Shown here piece by piece: positions 28,614 through 39,646 of a DNA stretch of 64,000 bases. The stretch is from an uncultured Pseudomonadota bacterium (lineage in GTDB: Bacteria; Oederibacteriota; Muellerivitia; Muellerivitales; Muellerivitaceae), in contig CAWIIP010000002.1 in the NCBI GenBank assembly GCA_963836235.1, forward strand, positions 1,856,001 through 1,920,000, given 5' to 3'. Under the pieces are notes generated by a model. The model ran no database searches and was not told the DNA's origin. It worked only from the letters and a program-made list of their open reading frames with translations. Positions within the stretch are counted from its first letter, which is position 1. The number at the start of each line of letters is the position of its first letter. Made by a program: the position numbers and the translations under genes.

Positions 28614-29111
28614 TTAAAGAACCAGTTCCATATGGTAATCATCCATGACGAAACCGTTCCCAATGTCCGTTACCCGGGGGCCGGTGATCCGAAATCCCAG
28701 CCTTTGGTAGATTCCCACTGAGGGATTTCGCTTGTGCACGGTCAGGGTGATTTTGGAAAGGCCCCGCTCTTGGGAAAAGGATTTAAGCCATTCGAGCAAA
28801 GGGCGGCTAAAGCCCTTCCCCCTCGCATCTTTTAAAAGGTAAAGCTTGCTCAAAAAAAGCTCGGTCCCACGGGGCTGGATGGCCATGTAACCGATATCCC
28901 CGTTTTCTTTATTTTGGATTAAATAGTAAAGAAAGCCTTCTTGCAGTTGGGCCAGGACGGCCTTTTTCGATTGGAATTTTTCCAGCATATAGGCCACTTG
29001 GGCCTCGCCAATAATGGGGGCGTAATATTCTGGCCAGATTTTTCCAGCGAGGGATTCAATGGCGGCCACCAGGGGCTCATGGACGGCAGCAATGAGGTGA
29101 AGGTCTTCCAT
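28614..29111 (-). CDS. GNAT family N-acetyltransferase
   Basis: LSKLYL...RGKG; YQRLGF; GNGFVMDDY. Confidence 0.93.
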   Translation of the reverse strand: MEDLHLIAAVHEPLVAAIESLAGKIWPEYYAPIIGEAQVAYMLEKFQSKKAVLAQLQEGFLYYLIQNKENGDIGYMAIQPRGTELFLSKLYLLKDARGKGFSRPLLEWLKSFSQERGLSKITLTVHKRNPSVGIYQRLGFRITGPRVTDIGNGFVMDDYHMELVL

Positions 29112-29139
29112 GGGATGAAAGGGAGCGGCTCGAAAAATC

Positions 29140-30198
29140 TTATGAATTTTTCGGGAGAGCCACTTGAGCTACGCGTTTTTGGGATAAATAGGGCTGGTAG
29201 TGTTTTTCGATGAATTCTTCCTTGAAATCCCGGTAGCGGTCTATTCCGCCGATCAGGTGCAGCCCCTTGATGTAAATCCAGGCGTAATCCCATTGGTTCG
29301 AAAGAAACCCCGCCCGGGCGCCATTGGGATAGAGGTGGTGGTTGTTGTGCCACTCGCCGGTGACCAAGCCCGGCCAAGCCTGGTTAATGGAAAGATCGGC
29401 TCGGTTGAAATCGACCCCGTTCCGGCGCTTGTCCTTGCCGCCGCCATGGCCGTCGAAGTTGAAGGTGCGCACGCCGACCGCCCAGAAGGCGGTCCCCCCA
29501 AAAAGGGTCGCGACGAGGGGCATGCCCCCCATCCAGTAAAAAATCGCGAACCAAAAAACCCAATTCGTCACGAAGTCCAGGAAGGTCCAGAAGGGATGGG
29601 TAATGGAGCCCCATTTCTGGTATTGATCATAGCTGTTCACGCGGACGCCCATGTGGGCGATCAGGTTGGCGGTTTTGGCGTATTCTTCCCGGGAAAAGTC
29701 CCTGGAGATGGCCTGGTGGTTGACGTCGGCCAGGAAGCAATAAAGCCACCCGCCGTACACGTTGTAGGGGTCGCCGGGTTTTTCCGAAAGGTAGTGGTGG
29801 ACATGGTGGGAAACCACATAGGCCTCTTCCGAGATGGTCTTGACCACCAGGCTTCTCGTGAAGAAGAGCCAGAACTTGTTGCTGAAGGTGAAGGCGTTAT
29901 GGGAACCGTAGCGGTGCAGGTAAATGGTGCCGTGAGTACCCAGGACCACCATGCTATAGAGGAACCCGATGATGAAAAGCTTCACGGTGATGTAATGGAA
30001 CAAAAACAAGAAGAAGAAAGGGGCGAAAAGAACGATCACTGTCCAGCTGAAAAGAGGAAGCCAGTTTTTTTTGGATTTGAAGATGTTCAAACGGGTGAAG
30101 AATTCCTTGTAAATTTCACCGTGGGTCGGGACATACAACTTTTGCTCCCGGGCCCAACCATAGGAAGGCGGGTCCAAAACATTATCAAGAAAGGCCAT
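29140..30198 (-). CDS. membrane fatty acid desaturase
   Basis: His boxes HRYGSH, HHVHH, GEWHNNHH. Confidence 0.92.
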   Translation of the reverse strand: MAFLDNVLDPPSYGWAREQKLYVPTHGEIYKEFFTRLNIFKSKKNWLPLFSWTVIVLFAPFFFLFLFHYITVKLFIIGFLYSMVVLGTHGTIYLHRYGSHNAFTFSNKFWLFFTRSLVVKTISEEAYVVSHHVHHYLSEKPGDPYNVYGGWLYCFLADVNHQAISRDFSREEYAKTANLIAHMGVRVNSYDQYQKWGSITHPFWTFLDFVTNWVFWFAIFYWMGGMPLVATLFGGTAFWAVGVRTFNFDGHGGGKDKRRNGVDFNRADLSINQAWPGLVTGEWHNNHHLYPNGARAGFLSNQWDYAWIYIKGLHLIGGIDRYRDFKEEFIEKHYQPYLSQKRVAQVALPKNS

Positions 30199-30382
30199 TT
30201 GTTTTTCCGATCGACGTATAACACCGCAGGGGAGGAGTCACTCGTCATTTCAATTTAATTTAGGGATGTATTATAGCTTTTTTAAGGGCCCGGAGGTTGT
30301 TAAATCGGGGTAATGGAGGAGGAGGGAATAAAGGGTTAATATTGGGTCGTTTGTCTCCAGCCCCGCCCTGTGGGGAGCGGAA

Positions 30383-32143
30383 TCACGAAGCGAAATTTGG
30401 CGGCGGGTCCATCTCGATCTTGACCGAAACCCCCAGGGTCTCCAGGCCGCCACCCTTGAAGAGGGTGCCCGAAGTCGGGGTGGCGTCCAGATAATGGCGG
30501 CCGTTGGCCACCCGCACATGGTCCAAGCCGACGATGCTCCCGTTGGTAGGGTCGAAACCCACCCAGCCGCTTTGGGGCAGGTAGAGTTCCACCCAGGCGT
30601 GGGAAGCCTCGGACCAAATTTTATTTTCATAATTCCCGCCCGTGTAAATGTAGCCCACCCGGTAACGGGCCGGAAGGTTCAAGAGCCGCGCCATGCAGAT
30701 GAAAAGATTGGCGAAGTCCTGGCAGACGCCCTGGCGGCTGGTGTAAACCTCGAAGGGTGTGGTGGTTGTGGTGGTGGAACCGGTCACGTAGGCGTAGTCG
30801 TCGTGGATTGTCTGGTTCATGTCCAACAGGGTATCCAAGAGGTCCATGTCGTTGCGTTGGGCGAAACCCAAGGCGTAGTCGGTCAGTTCCTTCAACTGGG
30901 TTTCGGGAAGCTCAGGCGGCAAAAGAAAGGGCAGCATCATCTGGCGCTGTCCGGGCATCCAAACCAGGGGGAGGATTTCGCGCTTGGGGGCCAGGGCCAG
31001 CCAGCGGGCCGGGCCCTCGGTCAGGCGCACGCGGGAAAAGGACCGGATCACCATCTCGCTGAAGGGCTTGTCCACTTCCAGCTGAAGGGTCGAGTTGCCG
31101 AAGACATCCTGAAACTCCTGGCGCCGTCCCTCCACCGAAATCTCCAAATTGAATTCCAGCAGTTCCTGGAAGCGGTCCTGCACTGGTCTCAAGCGCAGAA
31201 GATGGGAGGACCTTTCCACCGGCATGCGGTAATGGTAGGTGGTCTCATGGCTGACGTTCATCACGCACTTGTCCATCCCCTTGCGGATGGCGGGAGGGGG
31301 CGGCACGAAGAGGGAAGTCTGCTGGGCCTGGCTTCCCACCAGGGTCCAGGTCCCGGCGATTTGGCCGGCGATGGAACTGTCGAAAAGCAGGCGGCTGTTG
31401 CGTACGGCGCGAAGGCCTCCCGGCTCCAGCGGCTGCCAGTTCTCGTTGGACAAGGGAGTACTGGAAAAAAGGTAAACCGTACGATTGGCGTCCATAGCGC
31501 TGCCCAGGTCCATGGTGAGCTTGTCGCTCTCCAGATGGCCCGGGGGATGGGGGGGAATACGGCGAAGGCCGTAAAGGCCGCCCCGGCCCTCCCGGTCGCG
31601 GTAGGCCACGTGGTTCTTGCCGTCGCTCAAAACGCAATTGATCTCGCCCAGGGCGTTGATCTCGGCGAACCAGGCTTGCAAGTCCCTCCAGGGCACGTCG
31701 GAAAGGCGCCGGGCCTGCCTCAGGAAAAGCTGGTGTAAAAACCAGCAAAAGGCGTGTTCCTGGGCCGAGGAGCCCAAGGGCTCGAAACTGGGATCGCCTC
31801 CCAGGGAAAGGGCCTTCTGAAAGTCACCCTTCAAGATGCCGTCAAAGATAAAGACGAACTGGCGGCCGCCATAACTGCGCAGGAAAGGGGGGATATTCTT
31901 GCCGGACTGGCGCTCACCGGAAATGGCAAAAAAAGAGGCGGAACGGAAACGATTCCAATCGGCCAGCACCCGCTTCAGGTCCTCGTCGCCGCTTCCCGAA
32001 CCCCGGACCAAAGTGGCGGGGCCGTCGTCTCCCATATACCAAACCATGCCCCAATCGCTGGGGGAGTCTGTTTCGGAAGGGGCCTTTAGGCGCAAAGAGG
32101 GTGAAGCGACATTATCGAAGGAGAGGGAAAAGAAATTCGACAT
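30383..32143 (-). CDS. degenerate class II glutamine amidotransferase-like domain fused to bacterial transglutaminase
   Basis: N-terminal MSNFFSLSFD...WG..WY...PF.RSYGG; C-terminal H.T.Y.Y, GVCQDFA, HAWVE, FDPTN. Confidence 0.85.
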   Translation of the reverse strand: MSNFFSLSFDNVASPSLRLKAPSETDSPSDWGMVWYMGDDGPATLVRGSGSGDEDLKRVLADWNRFRSASFFAISGERQSGKNIPPFLRSYGGRQFVFIFDGILKGDFQKALSLGGDPSFEPLGSSAQEHAFCWFLHQLFLRQARRLSDVPWRDLQAWFAEINALGEINCVLSDGKNHVAYRDREGRGGLYGLRRIPPHPPGHLESDKLTMDLGSAMDANRTVYLFSSTPLSNENWQPLEPGGLRAVRNSRLLFDSSIAGQIAGTWTLVGSQAQQTSLFVPPPPAIRKGMDKCVMNVSHETTYHYRMPVERSSHLLRLRPVQDRFQELLEFNLEISVEGRRQEFQDVFGNSTLQLEVDKPFSEMVIRSFSRVRLTEGPARWLALAPKREILPLVWMPGQRQMMLPFLLPPELPETQLKELTDYALGFAQRNDMDLLDTLLDMNQTIHDDYAYVTGSTTTTTTPFEVYTSRQGVCQDFANLFICMARLLNLPARYRVGYIYTGGNYENKIWSEASHAWVELYLPQSGWVGFDPTNGSIVGLDHVRVANGRHYLDATPTSGTLFKGGGLETLGVSVKIEMDPPPNFAS

Positions 32144-32301
32144 GCGGGATATTCTACTATTGAAACCCCATGAATGTATCTCCAAAATATGCCCTTCCAA
32201 AAATCCGAAAGGTAAGGACAAGTCCACTCCGAAAAAATGATTCTTTAAGTCCGGGAGGGGCGTGACCGCCTTTTCCACCCCGGTTCGGAGCCAAAAAAAC
32301 C

Positions 32302-35300
32302 ATGGCAACGCAAGTTTTCCTCGAACATACCACCCGCTACCGCTACGACCGCCCCGTGCGTCTGGGGCCCCACAGCATCCGCCTGAAACCCGCCGCCCAT
32401 TGCCGCACCCCCATCTTGTCCTACTCGCTCACCATCATTCCGAAAAAACATTTCCTCAATTGGCAGCAGGACCCCTTCGGCAATTACGTGGCCCGGGTGG
32501 TGCTGCCCGAATCCTGCACCGAGTTCGAGGTGACGGTAACCCTTCGGGCCCAGATGGACCCCATCAACCCCTTCGATTTTTTCATCGAAGACGAATATCT
32601 CCACTATCCCTTCAAGTACGAAAAAAAACTCGCCCAGGACCTGCGCCCCTACCTGGCGGTGGAGGAAAAGGGGCCGCTCCTGAAAAAATTCGCCAAGAGC
32701 TTCGGGCGTAAAAAGCGGCATATGGTGGAAATACTTTCCGAGGTGAACCAGAAGATCAACAAGCAGAGCCGCTACCTGGTGCGGCTGGAACCGGGCGTGC
32801 AGACGTCCGAGGAAACGCTCTCCCTGAAAAGCGGTTCCTGCCGGGATATGGCCTGGCTGGCCTGCCAAGCCTTCCGGCATTTGGGTATCGCCTCCCGTTT
32901 CGCCTCCGGCTACCTCATTCAACTGGTGGCCGACGAGGAGCCAGTCACCGGCCCCAAGGGCCCGGAAAAAGATTTCACGGATCTGCACGCCTGGGTGGAA
33001 GTCTACCTGCCCGGCGCGGGCTGGGTGGGCCTGGACCCGACCTCGGGCCTTTTCGCCAGCGAGGGCCACATCCCCCTCAGCTGCACGCCGCACCCGACCA
33101 GCGCCGCCCCCATCAGCGGAAGCCTGGAGGATTGCGAAACGGCCATGGAACACAAGATGACCCTGCAACGGGTTCTGGACACGCCCCGCGCCACACTTCC
33201 CTTAAGCGACGGCCAATGGGAATCCATCGACCGGCTGGGAGAGGCGGTGGACGACCGGCTGAACCAATTGGGCGTGGGCCTCACCATGGGCGGGGAACCG
33301 ACCTTCGTGTCGGTGGGCAACCGCGACGATGTCCAATGGCAGACCGGGGCCCTGGGGGCCGAAAAATTGAGGAAGGGATGGGAACTGCTCTCTCGGCTTC
33401 GCCAGCGTTTCTCCCCCGGCTCCCTCGCCCAGGCGGGCCAAGGCAAATGGTACGGCGGCGAACCCCTTCCCCGTTGGTCCCTCAACAGCTTTTGGCGTCC
33501 CGATGGCGAGCCGGTCTGGATGAACGAATCTCTTTTGGCGGACCCCTCGGTTTCCGGCAAGACGCCTCCCAACGCCGCCCGGGCCCTCTTGACCAAGCTG
33601 GCACAGGACCTGGGTGTTTCCCCCTCCCGCATCCAACCCGCTTATGAAGACAACGAGGAAGTCCCTCAGGCGCCCCCCGCCCCCTTGCCCCTGTCCCCCC
33701 AACTTACGGAAGTCACCAAGGCCGCAGGGCCCGATCGAAAAAGGCCCTCGAAAAAAAACAAGGAAGTGTCTTCCCAGCCCGTGGGTTACGTCCTGCCGCT
33801 CAACTGGAGCCTGGCCCAGGCGGGCTGGGCCACCGAGTTGTGGCGTTTCGAGAAGGGCCGCCTGACACTGATCGAGGGGGACTCCCCCCTGGGTTACCGC
33901 CTGTCCCTCAACGACATCCTCAAGGACAAGCCCCTGGAGCCGGTGCCTTTCGCCCGGGATCCCTTTGAGAATCCGGAGCCTCTGCCTCCCTATAAGAAAT
34001 TCGCGGCCGTTCCGCCGAACGAGAATCCAGAGGCCCGGGGCGCGGTTCGCACCGCCCTTTGTGTCCAGGTGCGAGAGGGAAAGCTCCACGTGTTCCTGCC
34101 GCCCCTTTACCAATTGGAGCATTTCCTGGAACTGGTGGCCAAGGTCGAAGCGGCGGCGGCGGCGCTCCACCTCACCGTGGTCCTGGAAGGTTACGAACCT
34201 CCGGCGGACAGCCGCCTCATGTCCTTTCGCATCACGCCGGACCCCGGCGTATTGGAAGTCAATATCCACCCTGCCGCCAGTTGGCCCGCTTTGAGGGATA
34301 ACACCGAAATCATCTATGAGGAAGCCCGACAGATTGGCCTGACCGCCGTGAAGTTCACCGTCAACGGAAGGACCGTGGGAACCGGCGGCGGTAGCCACCT
34401 GGTTCTGGGGGCCGTCCGTCCCGAACTGAGCCCTTTCTTCCGCCAGCCCCGGCTTTTGCCGGCCATGATCGCCTATTGGCAGAGGCACCCCAGCTTGTCC
34501 TATTTCTTCACGACGCTTTTCGTCGGCCCCACCAGCCAGGCGCCGAGGCCCGATGAGGCCCGGCACGATTCACTCTATGAATTGGAAAACGCCATGCGCC
34601 GCATCCCCAAGGAAGGGGACCTGCCCTTTTGGCGGCTCGACCGGCTTTTCCGCCACCTGCTGGTGGACGTCTCCGGCAACACCCACCGCACCGAATTCTG
34701 CATCGACAAGCTTTACGATCCCGGCTCGGGCCGGGGCCGCCAAGGATTGCTGGAATTGCGCGCTTTTGAAATGGCCCCCAATCCCCACATGGCCCTGTTG
34801 CAGCAGCTTCTCGTTCGGGCCCTGGTGGCGCATCTTTACAAAGCGCCGCTCCAATCCAGCCTGGTGCGCTGGGGTACCCGGCTTCACGACCAATTTCTTT
34901 TGCCCTGGTATATGTGGGAGGACCTGTCGCACGTTTTAAACGACTTGCGCCAGGACGGTTTTCCCTTCGACTTGGAATGGTTTCGAGCGCACTATAATTT
35001 CCGCTTTCCCTCCTGCGGGAAAGTCGTGATCGAGGGAGCCGAGCTGGAAATTCGCCCCGCACTGGAGCCCTGGCCGGTGTTGGGCGAAGAAACAGTCGGC
35101 TCCACGGTCAGCCGCGCCATCGACTCTTCCACCGATAGGGTGCAGGTGACCTTGAAAGACGCCCGGCCCGGGCTGGTGCTGGCCTGCAATGGCCGAAGAG
35201 TGCCCCTAATGGCCACCACCACGCCGGGGCTGCAAGTGGCGGGTATCCGCTATAAGGCCTGGGACCAACCCATGTCCCTCTATGGTGACATGCCCGCCGA

Positions 35301-35550
35301 GCCTTATTTGGAATTGGACCTGATCGACCCGGTGAAGGGGATTTCATTGGGGGGCTGCGCCCTTCACAGCGCCCATCCGGGCGGACGCAGTTTCGACCTG
35401 ATGCCGGTCAATGTCGAGGAAGCCGAATCCCGTTGGAAGGCGCGCTTCGAGCCGCACGGCCGCGCCAGCGGCCGAATGGGCCCCCCGCCGGAAGAGCCGA
35501 ATCATGATTTTCCCCACACGCTGGACTTGAGAAGGCCAAGAGTCGTTTAG
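32302..35550 (+). CDS. transglutaminase + DUF2126 (putative amidoligase) fusion protein
   Basis: GSCRD, DLHAW.EVYLPGAGW.GLDPTSG; LTMGGEPTFVS, TPDPGVLEVN, GTGGG.H, GNTHR.EFCIDKLY, ELRAFEM. Confidence 0.93.
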   Translation: MATQVFLEHTTRYRYDRPVRLGPHSIRLKPAAHCRTPILSYSLTIIPKKHFLNWQQDPFGNYVARVVLPESCTEFEVTVTLRAQMDPINPFDFFIEDEYLHYPFKYEKKLAQDLRPYLAVEEKGPLLKKFAKSFGRKKRHMVEILSEVNQKINKQSRYLVRLEPGVQTSEETLSLKSGSCRDMAWLACQAFRHLGIASRFASGYLIQLVADEEPVTGPKGPEKDFTDLHAWVEVYLPGAGWVGLDPTSGLFASEGHIPLSCTPHPTSAAPISGSLEDCETAMEHKMTLQRVLDTPRATLPLSDGQWESIDRLGEAVDDRLNQLGVGLTMGGEPTFVSVGNRDDVQWQTGALGAEKLRKGWELLSRLRQRFSPGSLAQAGQGKWYGGEPLPRWSLNSFWRPDGEPVWMNESLLADPSVSGKTPPNAARALLTKLAQDLGVSPSRIQPAYEDNEEVPQAPPAPLPLSPQLTEVTKAAGPDRKRPSKKNKEVSSQPVGYVLPLNWSLAQAGWATELWRFEKGRLTLIEGDSPLGYRLSLNDILKDKPLEPVPFARDPFENPEPLPPYKKFAAVPPNENPEARGAVRTALCVQVREGKLHVFLPPLYQLEHFLELVAKVEAAAAALHLTVVLEGYEPPADSRLMSFRITPDPGVLEVNIHPAASWPALRDNTEIIYEEARQIGLTAVKFTVNGRTVGTGGGSHLVLGAVRPELSPFFRQPRLLPAMIAYWQRHPSLSYFFTTLFVGPTSQAPRPDEARHDSLYELENAMRRIPKEGDLPFWRLDRLFRHLLVDVSGNTHRTEFCIDKLYDPGSGRGRQGLLELRAFEMAPNPHMALLQQLLVRALVAHLYKAPLQSSLVRWGTRLHDQFLLPWYMWEDLSHVLNDLRQDGFPFDLEWFRAHYNFRFPSCGKVVIEGAELEIRPALEPWPVLGEETVGSTVSRAIDSSTDRVQVTLKDARPGLVLACNGRRVPLMATTTPGLQVAGIRYKAWDQPMSLYGDMPAEPYLELDLIDPVKGISLGGCALHSAHPGGRSFDLMPVNVEEAESRWKARFEPHGRASGRMGPPPEEPNHDFPHTLDLRRPRVV

Positions 35551-35584
35551 GCCCTTGGTGGTGAAAAGCTATTGCTGGAATTCG

Positions 35585-35779
35585 TTAATTCGCCTGGAAA
35601 CGGCTGATGACGGCTATAAACTCCAGGCTCGCGGGCGTGTAACGGCACAGGGATTCTTCCGGGTTAATTCCGTTGGCGACTTTTTCCAGCCAGCCCTTTT
35701 TAATGAAAGCCTCGACGGCGGACTTGTCGTCGAAAAGGACGGCGGTTTGGGGTTCGTTAATTTCTATTGTTGGATTCAT
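35585..35779 (-). CDS. hypothetical small protein
   Basis: 64 aa; AAGGTG SD before ATG. Confidence 0.4.
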   Translation of the reverse strand: MNPTIEINEPQTAVLFDDKSAVEAFIKKGWLEKVANGINPEESLCRYTPASLEFIAVISRFQAN

Positions 35780-35884
35780 GGTTCACCTTCTTCATAGCGA
35801 TGCTTCAGGGCCAATGTAAGGAGAGAGGTGATGGTCTTCAAGGTGTCAGGGCATTTCAAGCAGGCCCTGACATAGGGATTTTTT

Positions 35885-38800
35885 CTATCGGATCACATCT
35901 ATTTTTAGGATCTGACGATTAACCACGCCACCCTTGACCGGATCAATAGATTCCACCACCGCCAGGTAGACGCCGCTGGCCACATGGGAAGCGTCCCAGG
36001 AAACAAGGCCGGTTCCGGCGTCGCCGCTACTCACTTGGACCAATTCCCCCGCAAGCGTGTAAATGGACACCTGTAAGGTCAGGCTCAAGGACGAGTTAGT
36101 GTGGAAGGTCGTCGTCATTGATCCCTTGGAAGCGTTCAACACATTGGGCCAAGCCGTCACCACGCCCATCCCGCTGGCCGTATTGCGGTCTTCCACCGAA
36201 ACTTCCTTAATCACTGTGGTTTCCCCGCCGCTCCCGTCCACCGTATGCACCTCCACCAGGTACTGCCCGCTCTGCACGTAGGAGCCGTTGTCGCTGGTCC
36301 CGTTCCATACCATCGTCGTTCCGTTGCTCAGCGTGATCGTCAACTGACTGGGCGCGCCGGGGCTGGGCGCCAGTCCAGGTTCGATGACGGTGGAAGACAG
36401 GTTCACCGAGGCTACCCCCACCTGGCCGGGATCGTCAGTATAGGCATAAAGGTGCTTCACCACTTCCCCCGCCTCGTTATAAATGAGGATGGTCGAGGTA
36501 TAGAGCGTCCGGTTGACCATCACCTCCTGGGTCGTGCTCACCTCGGACCCCAAACTACTGAGGCTGTCCACCTTCACGTAATAGGCCCCATTGGCCGCCA
36601 GGGTTCCACTGGAAGTCGTCCCGTTCCAACTGCCCAGGGGCATACCGTCGTAATAAATCGTCACGGCGTTATTGGGCCCGTTCAGGCTGGTGATGGCGTT
36701 GCTGGACGCAAGCGTGATGTTCTCGACCGGTTGGGATAGTTGTTCCGTCAGGATCGTATCCACCAACTCACCCGCTTCGTTGTAAACCCCGATTTTGACC
36801 GAGTATTGGCCCGTCACCAGCACGCTCACGCTGGCCGTGACGGGAGCCCCTTCCGCATAGATCAATAGGGCGTTATTGGTGATGGTACTTCCGGAGGTCA
36901 GAAGGTTATTCAATTGTGCCTGGTAGACCAGCTGGTAATTCCCAGTCGCAAGGGGCGAGGGTAAAGTCCAAGTCAATAAGCTCCCAGCTGAGCTGGTGGC
37001 GGTTCCAGGCGGGCTGGAGACGAAATCAACAAAGGTTTCACTGGCAGGCAAAGGGTCGTTTACTACTAAGTTCTGGGCGCTGTTGCCCGTAACCACCAAG
37101 TTAAGGGTATAAGTCAAGGTGTTGCCCGATTGGGCCGAGGTGGCGGTAACCTGCTTGTTCATCGAAACCGAAGTCGGGGGTGTGGGAGTGGCGGTGTAAG
37201 TAGGGGTCAATGTCGGGGTAGTGGTTGAAGTGTTGGTCGGGGTCAATGTCGCGGTCCTGGTCGAAGTGTTGGTGGCGCTATTGGTCGCGGTAAAGGTCGC
37301 GGTCGCGGTGCGGCTATTGGTAGGCGAACTGGTGGGAGTGGCGGTAGCCGTGTTGGTGGTCGTGGAAGTGGGGGTATAGGTGGGAGTATCCGTGGCGGTG
37401 TTCGCCAAAGTGTTCGTGGCTGTGGCGGTGGGCGTATTGGTCAAGGAGTTCGTCGGAGTGTTCGTAGCGGTATCCGTGGCGGTATTGGCCAAAGTGTTCG
37501 TCGCCGTGGCGGTGGCCGTATTAGTCGGGGTGCCTGTCGCTGTGTTCGTTGGAGTGTTCGTGGCGCTATTCGCCAGGGTTTCCGTAGGGGTGAAAGTAGC
37601 CGTATTGCTGGGCGTGGCGGTCGAGGTATTAGTCGGGGTATTGGTGGCGGTGTTCGCCAAAGTGTTCGTTGGCGTGTTAGTGGCGGTGGAAGTTGGAGTG
37701 CGGGTGAAGGTATAGGTCGCCGTGTTCGTGAGCGTGCTGGTGGATGTGAAGGTGGGCGTGTTGGTGGGGGTACTGGTCGCTGTGGGCGTAATGACATTGG
37801 TATTGGTCGGGGTCATCGTAATCGTGGCTGTGGCGGTGTTCGTGGGGGTATTGGTAGGTGAAGCGGTTGGGGTTTTCGTCATGGTATTGGTGAGCGTGTT
37901 GGTTTGTGTCGAAGTGGCGGTATTAGTCGGGGTGTTCGTCGCCGTGGGCGTATTGACGAAAGTATTGGTGGGCGTCGTGGTGGGAGTGTTGGTGGCCGTG
38001 GAGGTCGGCGTTTTAGTGGGGGTGATGGTGGCGGTATTGGTGGCCGTATTCGTGAGGGTGTTGGTAATTGTAGGTGTGGGGGTTTTAGTGGGTGTGCTTG
38101 TGGCTGTTGGCGTAATGACGTTGGTGTTCGTCGGCGTCATGGTAATGGTATTGGTAGCCGTGTTCGTGGCCGTGTTCGTGGGAGTTGGGCTTGGCGTACG
38201 GGTCGGGGTGTTGGTGAGCGTGTTGGTGGCCGTAGCGGTATCAGTGTTAGTGGGGGTATTGGTCACCGTATTCGTGGGAGTATTCGTGCGCGTGGGAGTG
38301 GGCGTATTGGTAAGTGTCGGGGTGGCGGTATTGGTCGGAGTATTCGTTACCGTATTGGTAGGGGTATTCGTGCGGGTGGCAGTGGGCGTATTCGTAGCGG
38401 TATTCGTAAGCGTGTTCGCTATTGTGTTGGTAGGTGTAGGGGTCAAAGTATTGGTGGGAGTATTAGTGCGCGTGGGAGTGGGCGTATTCGTAGGGGTATT
38501 CGTGAGAGTGTTGGTGGGCGTGTTTGTATGGGTATAGGTCGGACTAGCGGTGTCCGTGTTGGTGGGGGTGGGGCTGAGGGTATTCGTTGGTGTATTAGTA
38601 GGCGTGTTCGTATGGGTATTGGTCGGCGTGGAAGTGTCCGTATTGGTTACCGTATTAGTGGCCGTGTTCGTGCGAGTGAAGGTGAGGGTTGGGGTGGTTG
38701 AGTTTGTCGGGCTGGGGGTGGGTGTGAGAGTCGGAGTGTTGGTGTTCGTCGGGGTGGGTGTCCGGGTGGGTGTGAAAGTCGGAGTGCGCGTAATGGTATG

Positions 38801-39646
38801 GGTCGGCGTGTTGGTGAAGGTGGGAGTGCCGTTTGGAGTGTTAGTGGGAACCAGGGTTCCTTCCGGCGTCACCGTTGGAGCCGGCGTGACGCAACCGGTA
38901 CAACCATTGGTGCCGATATTAAAGTGGTCCCGGTAGATGTATCCATCCCCCGGAGCCGTGGTGGTGTTAAAACCGTTCGCTCCCCAGGTCCAGGGGACAT
39001 AGTTACCGGGCGAGGACGGATCCGGAAGGGCCCACCAGTCATAACCAAAACCGCTGGTAACGGCGCTGGAATAGGGTGCCGCCCATCCGGAATCGTTATA
39101 ACCCGGGGTCGTCCATCCGGCGTAAACACCCTGCCCGCCCCCTTGCAGGGTAGTGGGCAAGTTGTAGGAACTGCCGTTCGTGTCGTTGAAAACATATTGC
39201 GAAAAGACGCAGGAAGTTCCAGATTCCACGTATTGGGTGCCCAGGGTGCATCCGGCTCCGCCCAAATTCAGGGTCAAGAGCCACATGGAGCCATTCCAGC
39301 CCGTGTCCGAAGCCCAACCGTACACGGTCAGCACGTTATCACAGCCGCTGTTGAAGTAGCTCGAGCAGTTCCCATTGCAAATCGTAAGGGGGGTGGCCTG
39401 ACCCGTTGCGCTATTTCCCGCATCGGCCCCCTCCCAACAGCCAATCCAGTAACAACTCACGGGGGATTGGCCGTTCACGAAAATATAACCCTCGTCATCC
39501 GTCGCCCATTGAAGGGTGGCGCTGATCACGGTGCAGGAGCCGGACTGGGACCAGGCGTGGGAAGGGAAAAGGCAGAGGAAGGCGCCGAGGATCAGGGGGT
39601 AAAAAAACGATTTTCCTTTTACTGCAATTCCGCCGAAAAGATTCAT
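35885..39646 (-). CDS. large secreted protein: Cys/Trp-rich jelly-roll/lectin-like N-domain, about 570-aa Thr/Pro/Asn stalk, DUF11-like Ig, FlgD-Ig-like domains and C-terminal sorting-like domain
   Basis: Signal peptide; [10 protein letters not shown]; TNTPT repeats; G.TLTYTL....D.LP; [12 protein letters not shown]...G..V.SG.Y; WPN...GVYL. Start uncertain. Confidence 0.8.
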   Translation of the reverse strand: MNLFGGIAVKGKSFFYPLILGAFLCLFPSHAWSQSGSCTVISATLQWATDDEGYIFVNGQSPVSCYWIGCWEGADAGNSATGQATPLTICNGNCSSYFNSGCDNVLTVYGWASDTGWNGSMWLLTLNLGGAGCTLGTQYVESGTSCVFSQYVFNDTNGSSYNLPTTLQGGGQGVYAGWTTPGYNDSGWAAPYSSAVTSGFGYDWWALPDPSSPGNYVPWTWGANGFNTTTAPGDGYIYRDHFNIGTNGCTGCVTPAPTVTPEGTLVPTNTPNGTPTFTNTPTHTITRTPTFTPTRTPTPTNTNTPTLTPTPSPTNSTTPTLTFTRTNTATNTVTNTDTSTPTNTHTNTPTNTPTNTLSPTPTNTDTASPTYTHTNTPTNTLTNTPTNTPTPTRTNTPTNTLTPTPTNTIANTLTNTATNTPTATRTNTPTNTVTNTPTNTATPTLTNTPTPTRTNTPTNTVTNTPTNTDTATATNTLTNTPTRTPSPTPTNTATNTATNTITMTPTNTNVITPTATSTPTKTPTPTITNTLTNTATNTATITPTKTPTSTATNTPTTTPTNTFVNTPTATNTPTNTATSTQTNTLTNTMTKTPTASPTNTPTNTATATITMTPTNTNVITPTATSTPTNTPTFTSTSTLTNTATYTFTRTPTSTATNTPTNTLANTATNTPTNTSTATPSNTATFTPTETLANSATNTPTNTATGTPTNTATATATNTLANTATDTATNTPTNSLTNTPTATATNTLANTATDTPTYTPTSTTTNTATATPTSSPTNSRTATATFTATNSATNTSTRTATLTPTNTSTTTPTLTPTYTATPTPPTSVSMNKQVTATSAQSGNTLTYTLNLVVTGNSAQNLVVNDPLPASETFVDFVSSPPGTATSSAGSLLTWTLPSPLATGNYQLVYQAQLNNLLTSGSTITNNALLIYAEGAPVTASVSVLVTGQYSVKIGVYNEAGELVDTILTEQLSQPVENITLASSNAITSLNGPNNAVTIYYDGMPLGSWNGTTSSGTLAANGAYYVKVDSLSSLGSEVSTTQEVMVNRTLYTSTILIYNEAGEVVKHLYAYTDDPGQVGVASVNLSSTVIEPGLAPSPGAPSQLTITLSNGTTMVWNGTSDNGSYVQSGQYLVEVHTVDGSGGETTVIKEVSVEDRNTASGMGVVTAWPNVLNASKGSMTTTFHTNSSLSLTLQVSIYTLAGELVQVSSGDAGTGLVSWDASHVASGVYLAVVESIDPVKGGVVNRQILKIDVIR
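37180..38880 (-). repeat. low-complexity coding repeat ([12 protein letters not shown] tetrapeptides, about 12-nt period)
   Basis: Visible GTGTTCGTG/GTATTGGTG periodicity; includes a longer internal duplication ([21 protein letters not shown] twice). Confidence 0.9.

Noticed and set aside
29200-30258. 352-aa plus-strand ORF, and similar long antisense ORFs at 26064, 30494, 33202 and 46894
   Set aside because: Stop-poor antisense frames of clearly identifiable GC-rich genes; no motifs.
32144-32308. Upstream extension of the GATase-transglutaminase ORF
   Set aside because: Overlaps the divergent gene start; Ntn-type homology begins at MSNFF.
37380-38936. Val/Gly-rich plus-strand ORFs
   Set aside because: Antisense shadows of the Thr/Pro repeat of the minus-strand gene.
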